Below are positions 8,675 to 17,231 of a stretch of DNA of 64,000 bases, one piece after another. The DNA lies in NCBI GenBank assembly GCA_035626935.1, contig DASPMT010000513.1:120-64119 (forward strand). Direction: 5' to 3'. The translations under genes were made by a program, and so were the position numbers. Each line of letters begins with the position of its first letter. Position 1 is the first letter of the stretch. The notes beneath the pieces are model-generated. The model was not told the DNA's origin, searched no databases, and was given only the letters and a program-made list of their open reading frames with translations. This DNA is from Phycisphaerales bacterium. Its GTDB lineage: Bacteria > Planctomycetota > Phycisphaerae > Phycisphaerales > UBA1924.

Positions 8675-9372
8675 GCGCACTCGGCAACGGGATCTGGGCA
8701 ATCGTCGAGCAGATGGGCCACGCCCGTGCGGGCGGGTTCGTCACCGAGGTCGAGCTCGCGGGCGCGAGGCTTCTCCGGGTGGACCTGCCCGAGCAGGTGC
8801 AGTGGGGGCGCCGCTACCCGGCGGCCACGGTGTTCGTGTCGGGTGGGAACCTGTACCGGTTGACGCCCTGCACGGAGGAGCAGGCGCGGAAGGTCACTCG
8901 CAGCGGGATCGCGGTGGACGTCTACGAGGAGATTGCGGAGCCGCCGCGGTTGGCAATCACGCAGCGCGACATCGCCGTCGAGCCCCTGCCGCCGACCGCG
9001 CACATGTGCTCCGTGGACTCCGACCTGCCCGCCGAAGACTGCGGCGAGCCGAACAACCGCTGCTCCTGCGACGAGGACGGCGACGAGGAAGACGACGCGC
9101 CCCCCTGTCCGCGCTGCGCGTTCGAGGCGAACGGCGACTCCGAGCACGACCTCGTCCCCGCCGAGCTCACCCACGCCGAGGACTGCCCCGAACGTCCGGC
9201 GCAGCCTGTACCGGTGCCCCGCCCCGATGAGAGCCGCCTGGCCTATCTGCGCTCGCTTCCAGCCTACAAGGCCGGCGATCGGGCCGGCTGCGACGCGACG
9301 AATCCCTACACCGAGGGAACCGACGACCACGCCGCCTGGGCGCAGGGGAGAGCCGATGACATCCCCTTCTAA
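8671..9372 (+). CDS. Hypothetical protein: conserved N-terminal domain plus acidic Cys-rich C-terminus (233 aa)
   Basis: GTG start in a GTGA overlap. IVEQMGHARAGGFVTEVELAGARLLRVDLP resembles a recurrent phage recombination-module protein. The C-terminus carries CSCDEDGDEEDDAPPCPRC. Confidence 0.6.
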   Translation: MSALGNGIWAIVEQMGHARAGGFVTEVELAGARLLRVDLPEQVQWGRRYPAATVFVSGGNLYRLTPCTEEQARKVTRSGIAVDVYEEIAEPPRLAITQRDIAVEPLPPTAHMCSVDSDLPAEDCGEPNNRCSCDEDGDEEDDAPPCPRCAFEANGDSEHDLVPAELTHAEDCPERPAQPVPVPRPDESRLAYLRSLPAYKAGDRAGCDATNPYTEGTDDHAAWAQGRADDIPF

Positions 9373-11020
9373 CGCCGAGTTCGCGCCTGCGGCTCACCCG
9401 CTCGACGTCTACGACCTCGACGCCCAGCAGCACGCTGCCGTGACGACGGCCGCTCGCCGCGTCGTCGTTCGCGCCGGCCCGGGGGCCGGCAAGACGCGGG
9501 TGCTCGTCGCCCGTCTCCGCCACCTGCTCGATCTCGGCTTCGAGCCGCACCGCATCCTCGCTCTGGCCTTCACCCGCCGAGCGGCCGAGGAGGTTCGCGC
9601 TCGTCTCGACGTGCCGCTGGAGTGCCAGCCGCTCGTGACGACCTTCCACGGCTGGTACCTCGCCCTCGTCGAGGCGAACGCCTCCGTCGTCGGGCTGCTC
9701 CCCGGCGTCACCGTGCGCGACCGCGACGAGGTGGAGGCCCTGGCCGTCCAGATCGGTGCCGAACGGCGGCACCGGCACCGGAGCGCTGCGCGGCTGCTCG
9801 AGGATCCCGAGATCGCGCAGCTCGTGCGGACCCGTCTGCGCGACAGCAACTCTGTCAGCTACGACGACCTCGAAGCGCTCGCGTTGAAGCTCCTTCGTGA
9901 CGGCGTAGCTCGCCCGAGCCTTGCCCACGTCCTGGTCGATGAGGCGCAGGACACCTCGCCGCACCAGCAAGAGGTGCTCTCCCACCTCGCCGCCGGCCGG
10001 ACCGCGCTCGCGCCCTCCGCCGACCTCTTCCTCGTCGGCGACACGAGCCAGGCGATCTACCGCTTCCGGGGAGGCGACCCGGACGGCTTTCTCCGCCTCG
10101 GCGAGAACGCGGCCCGGTACGAGCTGCGGGCAAACTACCGCTCGTCCTGGCCCGTGGTGGCGGCCGCCGCGCGGGCCCAGCTGACCCCGCCGCCTGTGCC
10201 CCAGTACACCGTCGACGACGAGCAGCCGGGCTGGACCGGGACCATCCACGAGTGGGACTTCGCCGAGCACGTGCGCAACGTCTGCGGCGGTGAGTGGGGC
10301 CGGTGCGCCGTGCTCCTCCCGACATGGAACGGAGCGAACTGGGCGGCGGTGCAACTCGAGGGCGAAGGCATCCCGCACATCGTCGCCCGCCGCGGCACGA
10401 CCTGGACGACCCCGCACGGGCGCAGCGTCATCGCGGCGCTCCGCGTCGTGGGGAACCCGCACGATCGGCTGTCCCTTGAGCAGCTCATCGGCTCTGCTGC
10501 CCGCACGCCAGCCTGGCACCGCGCGCTCGCCGACGCGATCGAGCGAGGGCGCCCCGTGGTCGACGCGGGTCTCGAGGCCGCCGCCGGCCTGCCGATCGCC
10601 GCACGCGTCACCCTCGCGCGCTCCGCGCTCGCGCGCGGAGTGCCGCCTCACGACGTGGCCGCCGATCTCGTCGCCGGCGGTCCAGACGAGGAGCGCCAAC
10701 TCGCTGCGCTCGACGCGGCCCAGGGCTGCCGGACGGTCGCCGATCTCCTCGCGGTTCTCCAGGACGAGGGTTCGGCGCTTCCCCCGCAAGGTGAACGCGT
10801 CCTCCTCTCCACCATCCACGGCGTCAAAGGCGCCGAGTGGGACCACATTTGGGTCGGGGGCTTCGACGGCGCCCGAGGCGATGTCGAGGACCTACGGCGG
10901 CTGCTCTATGTCGCCACGACGCGAGCTCGCCGCACGTGCGCCTGGATTGTGGACGACGTGACACGCCCGCCCGTGCTCGTCGCCGAACTGCTCGCCGCCG
11001 AGACGGTGGGACGGCCATGA
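9356..11020 (+). CDS. UvrD/Rep-family SF1 helicase
   Basis: Motifs GPGAGKT, AFTRRAAEEV, VLVDEAQDT, VGDTSQAIYRFRGG, ANYRS, TIHGVKGAEWD, LLYVATTRAR. Internal ATG of ORF 8933..11020. Confidence 0.9.
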   Translation: MTSPSNAEFAPAAHPLDVYDLDAQQHAAVTTAARRVVVRAGPGAGKTRVLVARLRHLLDLGFEPHRILALAFTRRAAEEVRARLDVPLECQPLVTTFHGWYLALVEANASVVGLLPGVTVRDRDEVEALAVQIGAERRHRHRSAARLLEDPEIAQLVRTRLRDSNSVSYDDLEALALKLLRDGVARPSLAHVLVDEAQDTSPHQQEVLSHLAAGRTALAPSADLFLVGDTSQAIYRFRGGDPDGFLRLGENAARYELRANYRSSWPVVAAAARAQLTPPPVPQYTVDDEQPGWTGTIHEWDFAEHVRNVCGGEWGRCAVLLPTWNGANWAAVQLEGEGIPHIVARRGTTWTTPHGRSVIAALRVVGNPHDRLSLEQLIGSAARTPAWHRALADAIERGRPVVDAGLEAAAGLPIAARVTLARSALARGVPPHDVAADLVAGGPDEERQLAALDAAQGCRTVADLLAVLQDEGSALPPQGERVLLSTIHGVKGAEWDHIWVGGFDGARGDVEDLRRLLYVATTRARRTCAWIVDDVTRPPVLVAELLAAETVGRP

Positions 11021-11379
11021 GCCGCGATCCGGACAGCCTGGTGCTGGCGGCGCTCCGCTCGAGCACGCCGATCGGCTCCCGCGAACTCGCGGTGCGGCTG
11101 GGGCTGCCCGTGGCTGCGACTCGGGCGTCGCTGCAGCGGCTCCGGCGAGCGCGGCTGGTGACGCTCGCTGGCCGCGAGGGGAGCAGCTGGCTCTGGCTGG
11201 GTGAGACGCTGGCGGAGCGGATCCTCCGCCTCCTCGCCGCCGCGTATGAGCCCGTCTCGGCCGGCACGCTCGCCGACCAGCTCCTGGTGGGCGTCCGGAG
11301 CGTGCGTCTGGAGCTCGGCCGCCTGGTGGCCGAGGACCGGATCCTTGCCGTCGCGCGCGACCAGTGGGTGGCGCGATGA
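11017..11379 (+). CDS. Winged-helix (MarR-like) DNA-binding protein, two wHTH-like halves
   Basis: LAALRSSTPIGSRELAVRLGLPVAATRASLQRLRRARLV and LLAAAYEPVSAGTLADQLLVGVRSVRLELGRLVAEDRI. ATGA overlap. Confidence 0.55.
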   Translation: MSRDPDSLVLAALRSSTPIGSRELAVRLGLPVAATRASLQRLRRARLVTLAGREGSSWLWLGETLAERILRLLAAAYEPVSAGTLADQLLVGVRSVRLELGRLVAEDRILAVARDQWVAR

Positions 11380-12731
11380 GCAACCTCGATGAGGCGGCTT
11401 TGCTTCACGGCTGGGACCTCTCGCGCACCGACGGCGCCGTGCCGAAGGGCGTGCTGGGACGCGAGGAGCGCGAGCGCGCTGCCCAGGCCCGGCAGCTTCG
11501 CACCGACGTACGGCGCCGGTTCGACTGGTACCCCAACGGCGTCACGCCCGAGCTGCTCGTCCGGAGCATGGAAGGCCGGCTCACGGCCGACGTGGCGCTG
11601 CGGATCCTGACCGAGCTCGCTCGGGACGGGGTGGCGCACGAGCGGGAGGGGCGGTGGTTCGCCGGGCAGGCGACTGCCCAGCGCGGGGAGCGGACCAAGA
11701 TCCCCGACGAGGCCGAGATGATGACAGTCCTTCGGGCCCTTCCGCCCGGATGGCTGTCCGACGACGCGCTCAAAGCGGCACTGGGAGTGCACGCGGTTCA
11801 CTTCGAGCGGATCTGCTCGTTCGGGATGTCAGCGCGTCTTCTGTGGCCACATGGCGACGGGTGGCGAGCATCGGCGGCGGGAGCCAATATCGGGCGCGAG
11901 CCCGGACCCGCGGGGGCTGCAGCAGTACCCACGGACGCGCCGCCGACACAGGCGCAGGGAGCCCCGCCGGCGTCTGTGGCGGGTGGTCATGGGGGTCAAC
12001 AGCAACTGCCGACCTCCCTCCCGGCGACCGCGCTCCCAACGAGGGGCAGCGGGCCGGCGTGGCAGGACGCCGAAACGGTGGGCGTTGCCGCGCTCGCCGA
12101 TCCTCCGGAGGGCCCGGGCGAGGGTGCACCCTCGATGGAGGAGCTGCGCGCGGCCCAACGGGCGCTCGCAGAAATCGCGCAGACACTGCGCGAGGTCACG
12201 GGCCTGGAACTTCCGAATCCATCTGCGAAGCAAGTCGCGGCGGAGATTCGAAGCGTGGCTCGCGCGGAACGGGATCTGCGCACCGAGCTGTCCGTGCTCC
12301 GCGCGAGGCAGGGCGAGCTCGCCGCCATCGACGAGGCCCTCGGTCTCACCGGCGAGGGGCGGACCCGGTGGGAGGGTCAGCGGGTCGCGAAGATCCGGGA
12401 GCGCGAGGTGGTGGCCCGGGAGAGGCTCTCGGCCGCCCTCGACGAGCGTGATCGAGCGCAGGCCCAGCTCGACGCGTCGCGTGCCCGTGTCGAACAGCTT
12501 GAGCGCGAGGCAGCGCGTACGGTCCTCGCGCCCAGCCCCACGCTCCTCGCCTTCATGCCCGACCAGCCCTCGCCCCGGCTCTCCTCCCGCGAGGAGCAAG
12601 TGGCGCGGATGCTGTTCGAGCGGCTTCGAGACGAGTTCGGCGTGGGTCAGGATGGCGCCAGCTGGCATGCGGTGCTCGATGTGCTCGAGGTGCTGGTGCT
12701 GCCGAGGCCTGCGGCTGGGGAGGCAGCGTGA
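11376..12731 (+). CDS. Hypothetical coiled-coil protein (451 aa)
   Basis: ATGA overlap. wHTH-like N-terminus, P/A/G linker, coiled-coil C-terminus. Shares a segment with CDS 17228..18418. Confidence 0.6.
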   Translation: MSNLDEAALLHGWDLSRTDGAVPKGVLGREERERAAQARQLRTDVRRRFDWYPNGVTPELLVRSMEGRLTADVALRILTELARDGVAHEREGRWFAGQATAQRGERTKIPDEAEMMTVLRALPPGWLSDDALKAALGVHAVHFERICSFGMSARLLWPHGDGWRASAAGANIGREPGPAGAAAVPTDAPPTQAQGAPPASVAGGHGGQQQLPTSLPATALPTRGSGPAWQDAETVGVAALADPPEGPGEGAPSMEELRAAQRALAEIAQTLREVTGLELPNPSAKQVAAEIRSVARAERDLRTELSVLRARQGELAAIDEALGLTGEGRTRWEGQRVAKIREREVVARERLSAALDERDRAQAQLDASRARVEQLEREAARTVLAPSPTLLAFMPDQPSPRLSSREEQVARMLFERLRDEFGVGQDGASWHAVLDVLEVLVLPRPAAGEAA

Positions 12732-13213
12732 AGGCGCTGACCCTCTGGCCTGAATGGCTGCCCACGATCACGCACCTGGACAAGCGGATCGAGAACCGCG
12801 ATTGGTTCCCGCCGAAGGGGCTGATCGGCCAGCGGTTCGCGCTCCACGCGGGGAGCCAGCTCGGTGGCGGCTCACGGCACCGCGTCGAGTGGGTGGAGCG
12901 GACGGCGCTCGAGGCAGGCTGGGGCGTCCGAATCCTCCTCCACGAAACAGCGAGTCGCTTCGCGTTCTTCCGCCCAGCGACCTCGCGGACCGTCCCCATC
13001 CACCTCGGCTGCGTCGTCGCCTCCGCCGTGCTCGACCGCGCGGAGCGCGGGCCCGCTGACCCGGCGCGCTGGGCGATGGAGGGCGCGGTCCACTGGCACC
13101 TGCGGGACGTCGAGGTCCTTGAGACGCCGATCCCCGCAAAGGGACGGCAGGGACTCTGGAACTGGGAGCCGCCGGCGGACACCCGCTGGCTGCTCGTGGA
13201 TGGTGCGCAATGA
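12728..13213 (+). CDS. ASCH-domain-like protein
   Basis: MKALTLWPEWLPTITHLDKRIENRDW N-terminus is typical of ASCH/PUA-like domains. GTGA overlap. Confidence 0.55.
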   Translation: MKALTLWPEWLPTITHLDKRIENRDWFPPKGLIGQRFALHAGSQLGGGSRHRVEWVERTALEAGWGVRILLHETASRFAFFRPATSRTVPIHLGCVVASAVLDRAERGPADPARWAMEGAVHWHLRDVEVLETPIPAKGRQGLWNWEPPADTRWLLVDGAQ

Positions 13214-13389
13214 CGCGGTGGATCGAGCTCTCATCCTCACGGGGGAGCTGCACCCTGGAGCCCCGCGGAGACGTAGTGGTGCTCCGCGTCCCGCGGCCCG
13301 ACGGCTACCGCCACGTCGAGCTGGAGCTCGTGCCCGGCCCGGACGGGATCCGCGTGCGGCTGGCCGACCAGCCCCGGAGGGAACGATGA
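13210..13389 (+). CDS. Small hypothetical protein (59 aa), below the ORF-track cutoff
   Basis: Read by hand as MTRWIELSSSRGSCTLEPRGDVVVLRVPRPDGYRHVELELVPGPDGIRVRLADQPRRER. ATGA overlaps at both ends. Confidence 0.35.
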   Translation: MTRWIELSSSRGSCTLEPRGDVVVLRVPRPDGYRHVELELVPGPDGIRVRLADQPRRER

Positions 13390-13994
13390 GTCTCTTCTCC
13401 GGGCCCGTGCACCTTCAGGGTGGCGGCTGGTACGAGTACCGCCGGGAGTGGCTTCCCAACGTCGCCAACCGCCAGGTCCTGTTCGATCGCCTGCGCGACG
13501 AACTGCACTGGCGACAGTTCAACGCCACCGTTCCCGGTGTAGTGGTCCCCTACCCTCGCCTGGAGTGCTGGTACGTCCTCGGTGAGCCACGGGCGTACCG
13601 CTACTCCGGCGTGGACCATCCGAGCCGACCCATGCCGAAGGTGCTTCAGGGCTTGATGGAGCGTCTCAACATCGAAACGCCTGCCCACAGCGCCTTCAAC
13701 GCGTGTTTCGCCAACCTCTACCGCGACCAGAACGACTCGATCGGCTGGCACTCGGACAGTGAGCCGGTGCTCGGCCCGCCGGCGACGGTCCGGATCGCGA
13801 CGGTCAGCCTTGGTGCGACCCGCTCGTTCCAGCTGAAGCACCGCGAATCCGGCGCGATCGTGACGTTGCAGCTCGAGAGCGGCTCACTCTTCACGATGGG
13901 TCCCGGCGTGCAGGCCGCGTGGGTGCACCGGGTCCCGAAGAGCCGCGAGGCCTGCGGCGAACGGATCAGCCTCACGTTCCGGAGGGTCGCATGA
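13386..13994 (+). CDS. alkB: AlkB-like Fe(II)/2-oxoglutarate dioxygenase
   Basis: NLYRDQNDSIGWHSDSE (HxD), WVHRVPK (distal His), RISLTFRRV (RxxLTFR). Internal ATG of ORF 12864..13994. Confidence 0.85.
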   Translation: MSLFSGPVHLQGGGWYEYRREWLPNVANRQVLFDRLRDELHWRQFNATVPGVVVPYPRLECWYVLGEPRAYRYSGVDHPSRPMPKVLQGLMERLNIETPAHSAFNACFANLYRDQNDSIGWHSDSEPVLGPPATVRIATVSLGATRSFQLKHRESGAIVTLQLESGSLFTMGPGVQAAWVHRVPKSREACGERISLTFRRVA

Positions 13995-14233
13995 GCCGCC
14001 GCGCCCGACCGCTCCCGCGGGTCGCGTGGGTCCCCATGCGCATGAAGTCGTGGGACGACGTCACCATCAACGGGATGCCCGATCTCGTGCAGGGGCCCGG
14101 GATCGGCTTCCTGCCGGTGTTCGCCTCGCAGGAGGCCGCGCAGGCCGCGTTCCCCGGCGTCCTGCTTGTCCCCATCACCATCGGAGCCCAACCCTCCCCC
14201 CTCGCGGCGAAGCCGCCCGTGGGGGAGTCGTGA
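13991..14233 (+). CDS. Hypothetical protein (80 aa)
   Basis: ATGA overlap upstream and GTGA overlap downstream. Confidence 0.45.
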   Translation: MSRRARPLPRVAWVPMRMKSWDDVTINGMPDLVQGPGIGFLPVFASQEAAQAAFPGVLLVPITIGAQPSPLAAKPPVGES

Positions 14234-14700
14234 CCGCCTACCGCCTGCTCGTGGCCGGGTCCCGCAAGGGGGGGATCCCCGACGAGATCGTGCACGCGTC
14301 CCTCGACGTCCTCGTCGGCCGCTGGGGCCTTCCCAGCGGCGTCATCGAGGGCGGGGCCGTTGGGGTCGATCAGGCCGGCAAGGACTGGGCGATAGCTCGT
14401 GGGCTACCTGTGGCGGAGATCCCTTACGGGCGCGGGAAGCGCGACGGCGTCAGCCCGAGCCTTTGGGGTAAGCGTCGCAACTGGGTGATGGCGCTCGCCG
14501 GGCAGCGCAACGAGCGGGAGCTCCGGGCCGCGGTGTTCTGGGACGGCATGTCTGGCGGCACTGCCCACATGCTCGCGGTGCTCTACACCCGCCGCGTGCC
14601 CGCCGCTGTCGTCCTGCTGCCTGGCGCGGAGGTGCTCGACCTGGGGCTCGAGGAGCTTGCGCTCGTTCCGAAGTTTGAGCCGGCCGGGGTGATGCCGTGA
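14230..14700 (+). CDS. SLOG-superfamily protein (DUF2493/YspA-like)
   Basis: LLVAGSRKG...IEGGAVGVDQAGKDWA...WGKRRNWVM...FWDGMSGGTAHML follows the DUF2493 pattern. Confidence 0.7.
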   Translation: MTAYRLLVAGSRKGGIPDEIVHASLDVLVGRWGLPSGVIEGGAVGVDQAGKDWAIARGLPVAEIPYGRGKRDGVSPSLWGKRRNWVMALAGQRNERELRAAVFWDGMSGGTAHMLAVLYTRRVPAAVVLLPGAEVLDLGLEELALVPKFEPAGVMP

Positions 14701-16472
14701 TCGCCGCCACCGGCCACAACCGCACCTTCACGGTGTTCCACCTCTGCGCTGGGATCGGAGGCGGCGCCCTGGGCTTTGCCCGCGGGCATGCGCGCGTTGG
14801 TCAATTGACCGCAAGCTTCCGCACGCTTGGAGGCGTTGACGTCGATCCCCTCGCGTGCGCCGACTTCCGCCGCCTGGTTGGCGCGCCATGCACCGAACTC
14901 GACCTCTTCAGTCGCGCGCAGTTCGAGGCCTTCCACGGCCATGCACCTCCGGCTACCTGGCGAGAGGCAACCCCCGAGGACCTTCGCAGGGCAGCCGGGG
15001 GCGAGCGGCCAGACGTCATCTTCACCTCGCCGCCCTGCAAGGGCCTGTCGGCGCTGCTCAACAGCCAGGCCTCGGCATCCGCCAAGTACCAGGCACTCAA
15101 CGAACTCGTGCCGCGCAGCCTGGACCTGGCGATGGAGGCGTGGGGTGACGACCCGCCGAGCCTGATCCTGCTCGAGAACGTGCCACGGATCCTCACCCGC
15201 GGCCGCGTGCTTCTCGACCGGGTGAAGCTGCTCCTCGACCTCCACGGCTACACCAGCCGCGAGACGGTGCACGACTGCGGCGAACTCGGTGGTCTGGCGC
15301 AGCGCCGCCAGCGATTCCTGCTCGTGGCGCGCCACCGGGCGAAGATCCGGCCGTTTCTGTACGAGCCGGACCGGCGCCCCGTGCGTGGGATCGGCGAGGT
15401 CATCGGCCAGCTGCCGATGCCAGACGCCGCCGAGGCGGGGCCGATGCATCGGCTACCCCGTCTGGAGTGGGCGACCTGGGTGCGCCTCGCCCTGATCGAG
15501 GCTGGAAGCGACTGGCGCAGCCTCCAGCGACTCGACGTTCGCGGCGGCATCGTGCAGGGACTTCGGCTGGTGCCCGAGCGCGAGCGACACTCGGGAGCGC
15601 TTGGCGTTCGGGGCTGGGAACAGCCCGCCTTCACAGTAACGGGAGAGTCTCTCCCCGGGAACGGCGCCTTCAGCGTCGCGGATCCGCGTTCCCCGCGTGA
15701 GCTCGGCAGATACGAGCCCTACGGGGTTGTCGGCTGGGACCAGCCCTCGCGCGCGGTGACCGCCGAAGCCGCGCCTGGCGCGGGACCGTTCAGCGTCGCC
15801 GACCCTCGTGCGCCGGACGGCCGCCGGGCTCGGGGCAAGTATCGGGTGACGGGTTGGGACGAGGCCGCCGGGGCGGTGATTGGCGCCTCGTCCACGGGTG
15901 AGGGCGCGTTCGTCGTGGCGGATCCGCGTCTCGGCAGGGTTGCGTACAACGACATCCTCCGCGTCGTTCGCTGGGACGAGGGCGCGGTGGCGGTGACCAG
16001 CTCGGGGATGCAGTCGGTGGCCGATCCGCGCCTTGGCTGCAAGAGCGAGGACGGCGAGTACGCTTCCGCCAGGCACTACGGCGTGCTCGGGTGGAATGAG
16101 GCCTCACCGGCGGTCACCGGGTCGGCGAGGCACGACAACGGCGCTCACAGCGTCGCCGACCCACGCCCCAGGGACCCGGGCGAACGCTGCTGCCCGTGGA
16201 TCTGGAGCCTCGACGGCACGCGCCACCGGCCGCTGACCACGCTCGAACTCGCGGCGCTGCAGGGCTACCCGGTGCGCGACCTCGTGCTCGGTGGTTCAGA
16301 TTCGGTGCGCCGCGAGCACATCGGGAACAGCGTCCCGGTGGCAACCGCCGAAGCTATCGCCTCCACGATGCTGCAGACCCTGCTCATGGCGAGCGCGGGA
16401 CAGGGCTTCGCCCTCTCGAGCGCGCCGATCTGGGTCGATCGCCAGCTCGCGCTGGCGACGGTGCTGCCGTGA
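14697..16472 (+). CDS. DNA (cytosine-5)-methyltransferase with expanded, internally repeated variable region
   Basis: Motif I FHLCAGIGGGALGF, motif IV FTSPPCKGLS, motif VI LLENVP, RQRFLLVAR, C-terminal LELAALQGYP ... GNSVPV. Confidence 0.9.
   Translation: MIAATGHNRTFTVFHLCAGIGGGALGFARGHARVGQLTASFRTLGGVDVDPLACADFRRLVGAPCTELDLFSRAQFEAFHGHAPPATWREATPEDLRRAAGGERPDVIFTSPPCKGLSALLNSQASASAKYQALNELVPRSLDLAMEAWGDDPPSLILLENVPRILTRGRVLLDRVKLLLDLHGYTSRETVHDCGELGGLAQRRQRFLLVARHRAKIRPFLYEPDRRPVRGIGEVIGQLPMPDAAEAGPMHRLPRLEWATWVRLALIEAGSDWRSLQRLDVRGGIVQGLRLVPERERHSGALGVRGWEQPAFTVTGESLPGNGAFSVADPRSPRELGRYEPYGVVGWDQPSRAVTAEAAPGAGPFSVADPRAPDGRRARGKYRVTGWDEAAGAVIGASSTGEGAFVVADPRLGRVAYNDILRVVRWDEGAVAVTSSGMQSVADPRLGCKSEDGEYASARHYGVLGWNEASPAVTGSARHDNGAHSVADPRPRDPGERCCPWIWSLDGTRHRPLTTLELAALQGYPVRDLVLGGSDSVRREHIGNSVPVATAEAIASTMLQTLLMASAGQGFALSSAPIWVDRQLALATVLP
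15600..16166 (+). repeat. Five tandem in-frame repeats inside the C5-methyltransferase
   Basis: LGVRGWEQPAFTVTG..GAFSVADPR / YGVVGWDQPSRAVTA..GPFSVADPR / YRVTGWDEAAGAVIG..GAFVVADPR / LRVVRWDEGAVAVTSSGMQSVADPR / YGVLGWNEASPAVTG..GAHSVADPR. Confidence 0.85.
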
Positions 16473-16537
16473 TCGGCCTGCACTCCCTTTCCGGCGGCGC
16501 CGTGGCCGTCCTTTCCTCGCCTCACCCAGGAGCTTCC

Positions 16538-16963
16538 ATGCGAATCACCGTCATGCAACCCGTCGAGATCGACGTGGACGCCATCCGTCTAGAGGTGCCC
16601 GTGGTCCACGAGGAAGAGGTCGAGGACCTCGGCAGCGACTTTCCCGGCCTCGACCCCGCCACCAAGCGGCTCACCCTGACGCTGGACCTCGCGACCGGGA
16701 CCATCCGGGGCTGGCCGGCTGGGCGAGAGGCGTCGGCGCACCTCATGCCGCGCGACGAGGGCAGCTACTTCCTGCTCGACGGCGAGCGCGTGGTGGCGTC
16801 GATCGAGCAGAACTACGTCCCGAGGTGCCTGCCGGGGGAGTTCGGCGACTACGTGACGTTCCGCGTCACGGGTGACGGGCGCGTGCTGACGTACGGCGAG
16901 CGGCGGGAGTGGAAGCCGAGGCCGAGCGAGGTGGCTGAGGCGTTCTTCGGGGAGGGCGCGTGA
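16538..16963 (+). CDS. Hypothetical protein (141 aa)
   Basis: Internal ATG of ORF 16196..16963 preceded by AGGAG. Balanced composition. Confidence 0.6.
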   Translation: MRITVMQPVEIDVDAIRLEVPVVHEEEVEDLGSDFPGLDPATKRLTLTLDLATGTIRGWPAGREASAHLMPRDEGSYFLLDGERVVASIEQNYVPRCLPGEFGDYVTFRVTGDGRVLTYGERREWKPRPSEVAEAFFGEGA

Positions 16964-17030
16964 CCCCCGCCGAGTACCGGGCCGGCGTTCACGGCGCAAA
17001 TCACCCCTGCCCGGCCTGCAAGGAGGCCCC

Positions 17031-17231
17031 GTGACCCCCTACTTCTGGACCGTTCGATGCTGTCACCCGTTCTGCGGGGTGTACTCGACCTACGAGGGCC
17101 GCGACCGCGCAATGGCCGCCGACATGGCCCGTCGCGCCGGGTGGCGGTCCTGGACTACTATCGCCGGCGGCGCGGTGCTCTGGACCTGCGCGGCCCATGC
17201 CGGGTGGAATCCCGTCGTGGACGCTCCATGA
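17031..17231 (+). CDS. Small Cys/Trp-rich hypothetical protein (66 aa)
   Basis: GTG start. WTVRCCHPFCGV...WTCAAHAGW. Stop overlaps the next ATG. Confidence 0.4.
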   Translation: MTPYFWTVRCCHPFCGVYSTYEGRDRAMAADMARRAGWRSWTTIAGGAVLWTCAAHAGWNPVVDAP

